Assembly (NCBI GenBank): GCA_041687695.1
Contig: JAWLBL010000004.1
Location: 64,001-128,000 of the forward strand
Source of the DNA: Myxococcota bacterium
Lineage (GTDB): Bacteria; Myxococcota_A; UBA9042; PHBI01; JAWLBL01
Direction: 5' to 3'
DNA: 64,000 bases
Part shown: positions 40,775 to 50,188 of the stretch, one piece after another
How the letters are laid out: each line of letters opens with the position of its first letter
Position numbering within the stretch: position 1 is the first letter of the stretch
Program-made: the position numbers and the translations under genes
Notes under the pieces: generated by a model
Told to the model about the DNA's origin: nothing
Seen by the model: only the letters and a program-made list of their open reading frames with translations
The model's database searches: none

Positions 40775-43700
40775 CTACTCCAGGTAGCCCTGCATGAAGG
40801 TGTGACCGCCCTGGCGGGTGAGCGCCTCGACGATCGGGACGATGACGGTGCCCTCGGCGAACATCGGGCTCATCGAGTGCATGTCCAGCTCGGGGACCAC
40901 GATGTTGCCCAGGGGCTTGCCCAGCATGTCGGCCAGCACGCCGTCGATGAGCTGGGCCTCGAGCAGCTCCTCGAGCGCCTCCTCGGCGCCCTCGAAGGCC
41001 TCGGGCACGTACGCCCAGTGGTACTCGAGCGTGTCGAGCCCCAGCGGCACGATGGCGATGGCGTCGCCCTCGTCGGTGGGGATCATGACCAGCTCGGCCG
41101 ACAGCTCGGCCGCGATGTACACGCCCATCTTGCCCGGCTGGTCGCCGAAGATGAACGACTCCAGCTCGACGTCGACGAACAGATCGCCGATCTGCAGCTT
41201 GACGATGCCGCTCGGGTCGCAGCCGTTCAGGATGGGCGGCAGCAGGAAGTCGGTCGTGATGGTGATGCTGTCGATGGGCAGGCCGCCCAGATCGAGCCCC
41301 TCGTCACCCAGCGAGCTCTCGTCCAGCGTCAGGTTGGTCACCCCGCTGTACCAGAGCGCCGTCAGCGCCAGGTTCAGGAAGTCGTCGAACAGGCCCACCT
41401 CGAACTCGCTCGCGCCCGGCAGGCTCCAGCTGATGGGGTAGCCCTTGACGCAGGTGCCGCGGCCGATGGAGCCCAGGATGGTGTGCGGCACCTGCTGCGA
41501 GGCGAGGAAGCGGGCGCCCAGGCCCAGGCGTCCGCCGTCGGGCGTGAAGGCCAGCGAGTGGATGCGCGAGTCGAGGGTCAGCGACAGCGGCGGCATCCCC
41601 GGCATGAGCGGCTCCATCTCGAAGGTCTCGCTCAAGGCCAGCGACTCGAGCAGGCCGCCCAGGGTGTCCTCGAGCTGGCCGGCCAGCTGGTCCTCGAAGG
41701 CGTCCTCGATGGTGCCCGTGAAGATGTTGACGACGAAGTCGATGAGCCAGTCGAAGAGCCAGCCCAGGATGCCGTCGATGTTCACGTCGATGTACTCGAG
41801 CTCGACCTTGGGGTTGGCCAGGCTCACGTTCAGGACGGCGTTGGCGGCCGAGGCCAGCAGATCGGCCCACAGCTTGAGCTTGTCGATGGAGATCGAGCCC
41901 GACAGATCCGGGCACAGGTCGACGCCGAGGACCTTGCACTCGCCCTCGAGCTTGAGCTTCATCGACGCGTTCTTCGCCTCGAAGTACACGCCGAGGCCCC
42001 CGTACTTGGGGGTGAGCGACAGCTTGGGCGGGTTCATCTTGAAGTTCGACATCTTCAGGTCGTAGTCGCCCGAGACCTCGATCTTGGGCGGCAGGGCCGA
42101 GTTGATGTCGAAGCTGGCGACGACGCCCTCGAGGATGGTGGCGAGATCGTCGGGGTGCGTCGGGTTGTGTACGCCGTCGTCGATGAAGTCCTTGGCCAGC
42201 CAGACCTTCAGCGCGTCCGGGATGAAGGGCAGCTCGGGCTTGAGCGGGTACCAGAGCTCGGCGAAGTAGAAGGACTGCGTGATGGTCGTGACGGAGCCGG
42301 AGTCGTCCTCGGCCTCGACCTTCAGGACGTTCAGCCCCCACTGCGGGATGATGATGCGCGTGAAGGAGCCGTCCTCGTTGAGCTTGGCCGGCTGGCCGTT
42401 GACCCGCACGGCGGCGATGCCGGCGATGGTGTCGTTGGCGATGCCCTCGACCGTCAGGCTGGGCTTGGAGTTCTGGATGGTCGCGCCGCGCAGCGGGTGC
42501 AGCACGGTGACGGCCGGGGGCGAGCCCTCGATGGCGAGCTCGAGCGTGGCCACGACCGACGGGTCGTTCTCGAGGCGGCCGGTGATGAGGTAGTAGCCCT
42601 CGACGTAGAACAGGAAGCTGGTCGCGGACTGCTTCTTGTGGTCCTGGTCGGGGCTGACCTCGAGCGGCAGGACCGGCGCGTCGGGGACCAGGTTGCCGTA
42701 CTGGTCGTGGGCGATGACCTGGATCTGGACCAGCTCGTAGACCGGGAAGAACGGCTTGGGCGGCTGCGCCTGCAAGGCGAGCGTCACCGGCGCGTCGGGC
42801 AGCACCTCGAGCAGCGCCCCGTCGATGACGAAGGCGCCCCAGTCGAGGCCCACCGGCACGCAGCGCACGTTGAACTTGCCGGCGGTCGTGCCGGTGACCT
42901 TCAGGCCCAGCAGCCCCAGCGACGACGGCAGGTCGATGGCCATCGGCAGGTCGGGCACCACGTTGCCGTGCTTGTCCTCGGCGTGGCAGGCGACCGAGGT
43001 GTCGTGGCCCGCGACGATGGACGGCGACCCAAGGGTGGTCACCAGACGATAGGGCAGGCCGTGCTCGACCGTGACCAGCACCGGCGCGTCGTCGGTGGCG
43101 CCGCCCTTTTGGGCGCAGACCACGATGTAGGTGCCGACGCTCAGCGCCTTGATCGCGAAGTTCGCCTCGACCAGGCCGCCGTCCGGCCCCGGCGCGGCCC
43201 CGCCCGACGCGATGAGCACCAGCCAGCCGTCCTCGATGTCGTTGCCGTAGGCGTCCACGCCGTGGCAGGTCGCGGTCGCCGTCTGGCCGGCCTTGAGCAC
43301 GCTGGGCGACACGGCGGTCGTGATCTCGACCGCCACCCCCGGGTGCACCAGCACCTTGGACGGCGTCGGGTCCGTCCAGCCGGTCGCCTCGATCTGGCAG
43401 CGCACCCGGTACTCGCCCGCCGTCTCGAACACGACGTGCTCGCCCTGCAGCTTGGGCGGCGAGGCGCCTTCGGGCGCCTGGAAGATCTCCCAGCGGGTCG
43501 CCGGGGCCTCCTGCCCCTCGGCCAGCCCCTGCACCGTGCAGAAGACCTGCACCTGCTCGCCGGCCGCCGGGCCGTCCTTGCTGACGCCCGTCTCGACGCT
43601 CAGCTGCTCGAGCGGCGTCTCCTTGGGCGGCAGCTCCTGCTCGACGTCGTTCGCCCCGACGTCGGCCTGGTGTTGGCCCTCCGTCGCGTCCGAGCACGCG

Positions 43701-43783
43701 GAGGCGCCCCACACGAGGGCACAGGACAGCAGGGTGAGCAGCGTGGAAGGCCACGACGCACGAAGGCGCGAGGTCTCGGGCAT
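40775..43783 (-). CDS. Large lipoprotein: Ig-like repeats plus putative BPI/LBP-like C-terminal region
   Basis: Lipobox ASAC; repeated C...D.YGN/D.HGN/DQYGN Ig-like units; C-terminal ~480 aa with a BPI-like pattern. Confidence 0.75.
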   Translation of the reverse strand: MPETSRLRASWPSTLLTLLSCALVWGASACSDATEGQHQADVGANDVEQELPPKETPLEQLSVETGVSKDGPAAGEQVQVFCTVQGLAEGQEAPATRWEIFQAPEGASPPKLQGEHVVFETAGEYRVRCQIEATGWTDPTPSKVLVHPGVAVEITTAVSPSVLKAGQTATATCHGVDAYGNDIEDGWLVLIASGGAAPGPDGGLVEANFAIKALSVGTYIVVCAQKGGATDDAPVLVTVEHGLPYRLVTTLGSPSIVAGHDTSVACHAEDKHGNVVPDLPMAIDLPSSLGLLGLKVTGTTAGKFNVRCVPVGLDWGAFVIDGALLEVLPDAPVTLALQAQPPKPFFPVYELVQIQVIAHDQYGNLVPDAPVLPLEVSPDQDHKKQSATSFLFYVEGYYLITGRLENDPSVVATLELAIEGSPPAVTVLHPLRGATIQNSKPSLTVEGIANDTIAGIAAVRVNGQPAKLNEDGSFTRIIIPQWGLNVLKVEAEDDSGSVTTITQSFYFAELWYPLKPELPFIPDALKVWLAKDFIDDGVHNPTHPDDLATILEGVVASFDINSALPPKIEVSGDYDLKMSNFKMNPPKLSLTPKYGGLGVYFEAKNASMKLKLEGECKVLGVDLCPDLSGSISIDKLKLWADLLASAANAVLNVSLANPKVELEYIDVNIDGILGWLFDWLIDFVVNIFTGTIEDAFEDQLAGQLEDTLGGLLESLALSETFEMEPLMPGMPPLSLTLDSRIHSLAFTPDGGRLGLGARFLASQQVPHTILGSIGRGTCVKGYPISWSLPGASEFEVGLFDDFLNLALTALWYSGVTNLTLDESSLGDEGLDLGGLPIDSITITTDFLLPPILNGCDPSGIVKLQIGDLFVDVELESFIFGDQPGKMGVYIAAELSAELVMIPTDEGDAIAIVPLGLDTLEYHWAYVPEAFEGAEEALEELLEAQLIDGVLADMLGKPLGNIVVPELDMHSMSPMFAEGTVIVPIVEALTRQGGHTFMQGYLE

Positions 43784-43966
43784 GGGGACGCTCCGGAGCG
43801 ATGGCCGCGGTGGCCGAGCCGCGATACTATACGGGTCCCGGCCCGTGACTTACAACGCGCGCGGGATTTCGGGCGCTGGATTCCGGGGCCGGGGATGGCT
43901 AGCCTGAGGCGCATGGAGCGCGGCATGACGGGTCGAAGGGGGGCGAGCGTGGGTCGAATGGGCCGG

Positions 43967-45028
43967 ATGCATCGGGTGATCGTCGCGCTGGGCGCGGGCC
44001 TCCTCGTCGCCGCCTGCGCGGGTGACGGCGGCGTGACCGGCGGGGACGACGGGGACGGCAAGGGGCCGGACATCCAGATCGGGCAGCCCGATCAGGGCGG
44101 CTCGGACGGCGAGCAGGTCGACCAGACCGGGACGCCGGACGTGACCCCCGATCCCGGCGAGCCCGAGGTCGCCGAGCCGGACGTGTTGCCGGACACGGGC
44201 CCCGACGTGACGGCCGACGTCAAGCCGCCCGAGGACGTCGCGCCGCCCAAGGACCAGGCCGTCTGCGAGCCGAACTGCGAGGGCAAGGTCTGCGGCTCCG
44301 ACGGCTGCGGCGGGATCTGCGGGTACTGCACCTATCCGAACGTCTGCGACAAGGAGGGCCAGTGCGTCGAGGTCTGCCCGCCCCAGTGCGAGGGCAAGTT
44401 CTGCGGCCCCGACGGCTGCGGCGGCACCTGCGGCGAGTGCGAGGGCGACCTCGCGTGCGGCGACGACGGCCTGTGTTACGAAGAGGACTGCGTCCCGGAC
44501 TGCTCGGGCAAGAAGTGTGGCTCCGACGGCTGCGGCGGCGACTGCGGCGTGTGCCCCGAGCTGCAGATCTGCATGGGCGACGGCGCCTATTGCGACCTCG
44601 GCCCGTGCGGGACGGTCAAGTCCACCGGCGAGTGCCAGGGCCAGACGGCCGTGTGGTGCGAGAACAAGATCGATCTGAAGGAGCAGGACTGCTCGCAGCT
44701 GGTCAACCACCACTGCGCCTACGACGGCTGGGACAACCGCTGGAAGTGCATGGAGATCCCCGAGTGCGTCCCCAACTGCGCCGGCAAGGTCTGCGGCGGC
44801 GACGGCTGCGGCGGCTCCTGCGGCGCCTGCACCGACGGCTGGTCCTGCGAGGTCGGCCAGTGCAAGCCGGTGAAGGGAGCCAAGTGCGGCTCGGTCACGC
44901 ACCTCGGCCTGTGCGACGGGACCTACCTGTGGTGGTGCTCGAGCAACGTCTTGAACGGTATGGACTGCGCCGTCCAACCAGGCTCCAGCAAGTGCGGCTG
45001 GGTGGATGGGGCTTACGACTGCAAGTAG
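43967..45028 (+). CDS. Cys-rich repeat lipoprotein (CGxDGCGGxCG repeats)
   Basis: Lipobox VAAC, Asp/Pro linker, four C.P.C.GK.CG.DGCGG.CG.C repeats. Confidence 0.85.
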   Translation: MHRVIVALGAGLLVAACAGDGGVTGGDDGDGKGPDIQIGQPDQGGSDGEQVDQTGTPDVTPDPGEPEVAEPDVLPDTGPDVTADVKPPEDVAPPKDQAVCEPNCEGKVCGSDGCGGICGYCTYPNVCDKEGQCVEVCPPQCEGKFCGPDGCGGTCGECEGDLACGDDGLCYEEDCVPDCSGKKCGSDGCGGDCGVCPELQICMGDGAYCDLGPCGTVKSTGECQGQTAVWCENKIDLKEQDCSQLVNHHCAYDGWDNRWKCMEIPECVPNCAGKVCGGDGCGGSCGACTDGWSCEVGQCKPVKGAKCGSVTHLGLCDGTYLWWCSSNVLNGMDCAVQPGSSKCGWVDGAYDCK

Positions 45029-45218
45029 TCGTCTGACCTGGCGCACCCGTTCGGGCGACCGCAGGCCAGGTAGCTTCATCGGCTGCTTGGCCGCGGTCTA
45101 GAGAGTTCAGCCCCGGCCTTGACCGCCATCATCGAACAGCGGAACCGCGAATGCTCGTTCAGGAGGCCGCAGCCACACTTCGTACGTGCACTCCTGCCGC
45201 GTGGGCATGGCGTGCGCG

Positions 45219-46811
45219 CTAGCGGCAGCAGCGGATGCCGGCGCTCACGCAGAACTCCTCGCATGTGTGGGTCCGAGATGACGCCCTCAGGCCCGCCGAG
45301 CCATGACCATACGTCCCCCCCTTCATGACCCTTTCGGTCATGTTATCGAGTTGAACACAGGACGTGACCCAGGCCGAGCCGTCGATTGGGGCGCCCTCAT
45401 GGCTCTCATGCCAACAGTCGGCGACCCACTCGTGCACGTTGCCAGCGAGATCGAGGATGTTGTAGGGGCTCTTCCCTTGAACGATGGAGCCCACGGGCCA
45501 TGGCCCTGACTCGGTGCCGCAGCTGGAGCCAGTACCGTCGTTCATGACGGCGTACTCACAGGTGGCCGGGCTGTTCCCCCACGGGAACAGAGCCCCGTTC
45601 GGGCCGCGCGCCGCCTTCTCCCACTCAGCCTCTGAACAGAGCCGTGCTCCAATCCAGGCGCAGTAGGCGTCGGCCTCGATCCATAGTGTCTTGAATATGG
45701 GATGGTGCTGCTTGCTGGGATCCGCGAGGTCATCAGATACCTTCACCGGATCAGTACAACCACCCGCCGCGACGCAGGCCCTGTACTGCTGGTTCGTGAC
45801 CTCAGTGACCCCGATCGAGAACTCGGGCACGGTCACCGAGCGGTACGGGTGCTCGCTCGGCTCGCAGTCGGCGTCGACGGTGGCGTTGCAGCCCATCATG
45901 AAGGCGCCGGCCGGAACGCTCAGCATCGGCGTAGGCTCGATACACGCGCCGGCAAGACAGGCGCCGGGCGCGTCGCTGCACGAGTACCCGTCCGGGGCTG
46001 TCGACCAGATGGATGGTGACGCTGGATCACACACGGAGCAGCCGTGACCTGGCTTGGGATCACCGGAGCTCCAGCACGCACCATCAATCAGGCAACCGCC
46101 GTCGGCCAACTGGAACGTGCACTTGTAGTTGTCGGATCCCAGGGACTCGCACAGCCCGGTCGTGCACGTGAGCCCGTCGTCACAGGCCGCAGCAACGCCG
46201 GGGGTGCACACTCCGTCTTGGCATGCATCGCCGATCGTGCATCCGTCGTCGTCGGCATTGCAGCTCGTCCCGTCCGGCTTCGAAGGATACGAGCACGTCC
46301 CGGTGGCCGGGTCGCAGGTGGCTTCGAGTCGACACACGTCGGCGGGCTCACAGAGGACGGGATCGCGCCCCACGCACTCACCGCTTTCGCACTGGTCGGT
46401 CAGCGTGCAGGCGTCGCCGTCGTCGCACGGTACGTCGTCCAAGGGCACCACGACGCACTTGCCGTCCGCGCAAACACCTGCCGTACACGCGGTCTTGAGG
46501 GACTTACAGTCGTCTTGCGTGGAGCATTCGTCCGTCACGGTGTCCGGAGCCGTCGACACGTCCTCGTCAGCGGCATCCAGACTTCCTTTGGTTTCGGAGT
46601 CCACCTCGGCGGCGTCCGCGACGTCCGAGGAGGTCGCGTCATCGAGCGAGCCGTCGGGACCCAAATCGTCAGCCTTGCCATCCGAGGCTTGGCATCCGGG
46701 TTCCCACGGAGCCTCTTCACACGAGTTCACTTGCGTGAAGCAGGCGTTGAGTGCGAGCACGTTCAGCGCGAGCGCAGAGACCGCAGTGACAGGTCCTCGA
46801 AGCTTCGTCAC
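45219..46811 (-). CDS. Cys-rich lipoprotein with C-terminal FGE-sulfatase (SUMF1-like) domain
   Basis: Lipobox LNAC; CDDG..CT repeats; VPAGAFMMG, EVTN, RLCSEAEWEKAARG, FPWG, DLAGNVHEW, GIRCCR. GTG start with GGGAG upstream is inferred. Confidence 0.85.
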   Translation of the reverse strand: MTKLRGPVTAVSALALNVLALNACFTQVNSCEEAPWEPGCQASDGKADDLGPDGSLDDATSSDVADAAEVDSETKGSLDAADEDVSTAPDTVTDECSTQDDCKSLKTACTAGVCADGKCVVVPLDDVPCDDGDACTLTDQCESGECVGRDPVLCEPADVCRLEATCDPATGTCSYPSKPDGTSCNADDDGCTIGDACQDGVCTPGVAAACDDGLTCTTGLCESLGSDNYKCTFQLADGGCLIDGACWSSGDPKPGHGCSVCDPASPSIWSTAPDGYSCSDAPGACLAGACIEPTPMLSVPAGAFMMGCNATVDADCEPSEHPYRSVTVPEFSIGVTEVTNQQYRACVAAGGCTDPVKVSDDLADPSKQHHPIFKTLWIEADAYCAWIGARLCSEAEWEKAARGPNGALFPWGNSPATCEYAVMNDGTGSSCGTESGPWPVGSIVQGKSPYNILDLAGNVHEWVADCWHESHEGAPIDGSAWVTSCVQLDNMTERVMKGGTYGHGSAGLRASSRTHTCEEFCVSAGIRCCR

Positions 46812-47056
46812 CCAGCTCCCGCGACTGGTTTGCGTCAACCCCGACCGTGGCACGACGCGACCCAACAGGCAAGCGTACCCGATCGGCCTGCGAAGGCTCG
46901 GCATTCGGTCTTACCGACCGCCTGGCAGCAGGGAAGCCACGGCGCTATGCTCGGGATGGATCGTTTCCCCATGAACTCGTGGAGTTCCATCTTGAGGGCT
47001 TCCATGCAGCCACGACCGTTCGTTTTGACGTTCGACGCTTCCCGGAAAGCTGCGCG

Positions 47057-49084
47057 ATGAACCTGGGCGCGGCGGTCGCGGACATGGTCCGGGGCCTGAA
47101 CCCGCAGCAGCGGGCGGCGGTGGTCCACCGGGGCGGGCCGCTGCTGGTGCTGGCGGGGGCGGGCAGCGGCAAGACGCGGGTCATCACCGTGCGCATGGCG
47201 CACCTGGTGGCCGAGGGGCTGGCGCCCGAGAACATCCTGGCGCTGACCTTCACCAACAAGGCCGCCGGCGAGATGGCCGAGCGCGTCGCCGGGCTGGTCG
47301 GCCACGAGGCCGCGCGGGCGATGACGGTCGGGACCTTCCACTCGCTGGGCCTGCGCATGGTCGAGGAGGACGCCCGCCGCCTGGGCTTCAGCCGCCAGTT
47401 CACGCTGCTCGACGCCGCCGACCAGGCCAGCGCCGTCCGCCACTGCCTGCGCTCGCTGCGCATCGACCCCAAGCGCCACGACCCCGCGGTCTTCCTCACC
47501 GCCATCTCGAACGCCCGCAACGCCGGCCAGACCCCCGACGACGTCGCCGCCCAGCCCGGCCGCCGCATCACCGCCCAGGTCTACGCCGCCTACCTCGCCT
47601 GGCTCGAGGCCTACCAGGCCATCGACTTCGACGACCTCATCCTGCGCCCCGTGCAGCTGCTGCGCGAGCACGCCGATCTCCGCGCCAAGTGGCGCGCCCG
47701 CTTCCGCACGGTGCTCGTCGACGAGTACCAGGACACCAACGGCATGCAGTTCGAGCTGATGCGCCTGCTCGTCGAGGAGCACCGCAGCCTGTGCGTCGTC
47801 GGCGACGACGACCAGGCCATCTACGGCTGGCGCGGCGCCCAGGTCTCCAACATCCTCGACTTCGACCAGCACTTCCCCGACGCGACCATGGTCGCGCTCA
47901 CCCAGAACTACCGCTCCAGCGGGCACATCCTCGAGGCCGCCAACGCCGTCATCCGCCGCAACGACGCCCGAAAGGTCAAGAGCCTTTGGACCGACGTGGG
48001 CCTCGGCGAGCGCGTCCAGGTGGTCGCCTGCAAGGACGCCCAGGCCGAGGCCGCCTGGGTCGCCGGCGAGATCTCGCGCCGCGCCAGCGTCGAGGGCCGC
48101 CCCTTCCGCGACTTCGGCGTCCTGTTCCGCACCGGCAAGCAGTCCGATCTGGTCCAGGACGCCCTGCGCATGGCCGGCGTCCCCTTCGCCGTCGTCGGCG
48201 CCTTCGACTTCTACGAGCGCAAGGAGGTCAAGGACATGCTGTCCTACCTCAAGCTCGTCACCAACCCGCGCGACCAGAGCGCGCTCATGCGCGTCATCAA
48301 CTTCCCGCAGCGCGGCATCGGCCCCAAGACCCTCGAGACCCTCCACGCCTTCGCCAAGGCCAACAACGTCTCGCCGCTGGCCGCCATGCAGCTCGCCGAC
48401 GAGATGGAGGGCCTGACCCAGCGCCAGGTCGAGGCGATGCTCGACTTCCACGACGTCATCACCGAGGCCGGCCGCCGCTACGCCGAGGCGCCCGATCTCG
48501 CCGGCCTCGTCGCCTGGATCTGCGAGCGCACCGGCGCCCGCGAGGCCTGGATCCGCGACCCGACCGAGGGCCCCGGCGGCCACGCGCGCTGGCGCAACAT
48601 CGAGGCGCTGATGCGCTCGATGCGCTCGTTCCAGCAGCGGCGCCCCAAGACCGAGCTGCGCGACTACCTGCGCCTCATCGCGCTCGACAAGCACCAGGAT
48701 CAAGAGGAAGGCGCCGCCGACGCCGTGACCCTGATGACCCTGCACGCCTCCAAGGGCCTCGAGTGGCCGGTCTGCTTCGTCATCGGCTGCCAGGACGGCG
48801 TCGTCCCGCACCAGCGGGTGCTCGAGGAGTCCGGCGGCGACGTATCGGAAGAGCGGCGCCTGTTCTACGTCGGCATCACCCGCGCCCGCCGCCACTGCTA
48901 CCTGTCGTACGGCAAGACCCGCCGCAAGTTCCAGGGGTCCGAGCCCGCCCGCCCGTCGCGCTTTCTGGCGGACATCCCGGCCACCCACCGCGAGGACAAG
49001 GACCTGTCGCGCGGCCAGGGCGAGGTCGAGCGCGAGGAGGCCCGCCGCCGCTTCGCCGAGCTGAAGGCCCGCCTCGGCGGCTGA
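47057..49084 (+). CDS. UvrD/Rep/PcrA superfamily 1 DNA helicase (Rep-sized)
   Basis: LNPQQ, AGAGSGKT, TFTNKAA, DEYQDTN, VGDDDQ.IYGWRGA, QNYRS, TLHASKGLEW, EERRLFYVGITRA. Confidence 0.95.
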   Translation: MNLGAAVADMVRGLNPQQRAAVVHRGGPLLVLAGAGSGKTRVITVRMAHLVAEGLAPENILALTFTNKAAGEMAERVAGLVGHEAARAMTVGTFHSLGLRMVEEDARRLGFSRQFTLLDAADQASAVRHCLRSLRIDPKRHDPAVFLTAISNARNAGQTPDDVAAQPGRRITAQVYAAYLAWLEAYQAIDFDDLILRPVQLLREHADLRAKWRARFRTVLVDEYQDTNGMQFELMRLLVEEHRSLCVVGDDDQAIYGWRGAQVSNILDFDQHFPDATMVALTQNYRSSGHILEAANAVIRRNDARKVKSLWTDVGLGERVQVVACKDAQAEAAWVAGEISRRASVEGRPFRDFGVLFRTGKQSDLVQDALRMAGVPFAVVGAFDFYERKEVKDMLSYLKLVTNPRDQSALMRVINFPQRGIGPKTLETLHAFAKANNVSPLAAMQLADEMEGLTQRQVEAMLDFHDVITEAGRRYAEAPDLAGLVAWICERTGAREAWIRDPTEGPGGHARWRNIEALMRSMRSFQQRRPKTELRDYLRLIALDKHQDQEEGAADAVTLMTLHASKGLEWPVCFVIGCQDGVVPHQRVLEESGGDVSEERRLFYVGITRARRHCYLSYGKTRRKFQGSEPARPSRFLADIPATHREDKDLSRGQGEVEREEARRRFAELKARLGG

Positions 49085-49116
49085 CCGGGCCCGCCGCGGC
49101 GAGGCCCGGTCGTTTT
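49083..49116 (+). terminator. Intrinsic terminator
   Basis: Stem GACCGGGCC/GGCCCGGTC followed by GTTTT directly after the helicase stop. Confidence 0.7.
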
Positions 49117-49288
49117 CGCGGATGAACATCGCCGGGCCGTTGGTTGGATGCCAGCCGGCCCTCCCTTATGATGCCGCGCGTCTACCGGCCCGGCGTTGTC
49201 AAGCGCGTCGCGAGCCGGCAGTCTGACCGACTCCGTCACCCAGCACGCCACCCCTGGCGGCCGCCCCCCAGCAAAGGAACCCCAGCCC

Positions 49289-50062
49289 ATGCGCACTCCC
49301 GTCGCCCTGCTCGGTGCCCTCGCGCTCGGCCTCGTCACCCTCGGCCCCCTCCCGGCGGCCGCCCAGGCCCCGGCGCAGATCCTCAACCTCACCGATCGCC
49401 AGGTCGAGGCGAACGGGACCCTCAACGTCTCCGCCGCCCAGAAGCTCGTCGCCAAGCTCATCCAGCTCGACGCCCAGGCCGAGGCGCCGATCTTCCTCAC
49501 CATCTCGTCCACCGACGGCACCGCCCAGGGCGTGCTGCTCGTCGCCGACACCATCCGCTCGCTGCGCAGCCCGGTCGTCGGCGTCGTCGTCACCCAGGTC
49601 CACGGGCCCGGCGCCGCGCTCGCCGCCTTCACCGACCGGATCATGATGTTCCCCTCGTCGGGCCTGGTCTTCACCGAGCTCGAGTACGAGGGCGTCAAGA
49701 AGCCCAAGGCCGCCAAGGCCGGCGCCAACGGCGCGGCCGCCGAGTCCGACGTGGCCGCCGAGACCAACGGCGAGGACGTCCTGCTCCAAAAGGCCCGCCA
49801 GCAGTACCTCGACCGCTTCAACGCCCAGCTGGCGTCGCGGCTGAACCTCAAGTCGGCCGCCGACCTCGTGCGCCGCATGGAGGCCGGCTACTTCGTCACG
49901 CCCGACGAGGCCGTCCGCCAGAAGGTCGCCCACGCCGTCGTCGACCGCATCACCTACGCGACGCTCCCCGAGGAGAAGCGCGAGGTGAAGATCACGACCA
50001 CCGACAAGCGCACCCGCACGGTCGACCCCTCACCGCTGCTCCAGGGCCGCCGCCCGAACTGA
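49289..50062 (+). CDS. Secreted ClpP/crotonase-fold protein, probably catalytically inactive
   Basis: Signal peptide (..AAAQA); ClpP-like core LVAKLIQLDAQ..PIFLTISSTDG..DTIRSLRSPV; catalytic Ser and His positions replaced. Confidence 0.75.
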   Translation: MRTPVALLGALALGLVTLGPLPAAAQAPAQILNLTDRQVEANGTLNVSAAQKLVAKLIQLDAQAEAPIFLTISSTDGTAQGVLLVADTIRSLRSPVVGVVVTQVHGPGAALAAFTDRIMMFPSSGLVFTELEYEGVKKPKAAKAGANGAAAESDVAAETNGEDVLLQKARQQYLDRFNAQLASRLNLKSAADLVRRMEAGYFVTPDEAVRQKVAHAVVDRITYATLPEEKREVKITTTDKRTRTVDPSPLLQGRRPN

Positions 50063-50188
50063 CGCGCCGGGCCCCTCCGATCGGCCGGCGACCACCCCCG
50101 GCCGGGCCCGACCCGCGCCCCCGCGCCAGGGTCGGCCGGCTGCGGGGGCCACCTTGACTTTCCCCGGGCCGCGGCCCAGAACGTCACC

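Noticed and set aside
45036..45071. Hairpin after the Cys-rich gene as a terminator or element end
   Set aside because: Only a 7-bp outer stem (ACCTGGC/GCCAGGT) with an irregular interior; too weak to call.
45219..45400. Diversity-generating retroelement target (FGE/CLec C-terminus)
   Set aside because: No template repeat differing at adenines and no reverse transcriptase were seen in the window. A remote DGR elsewhere in the genome cannot be tested here.
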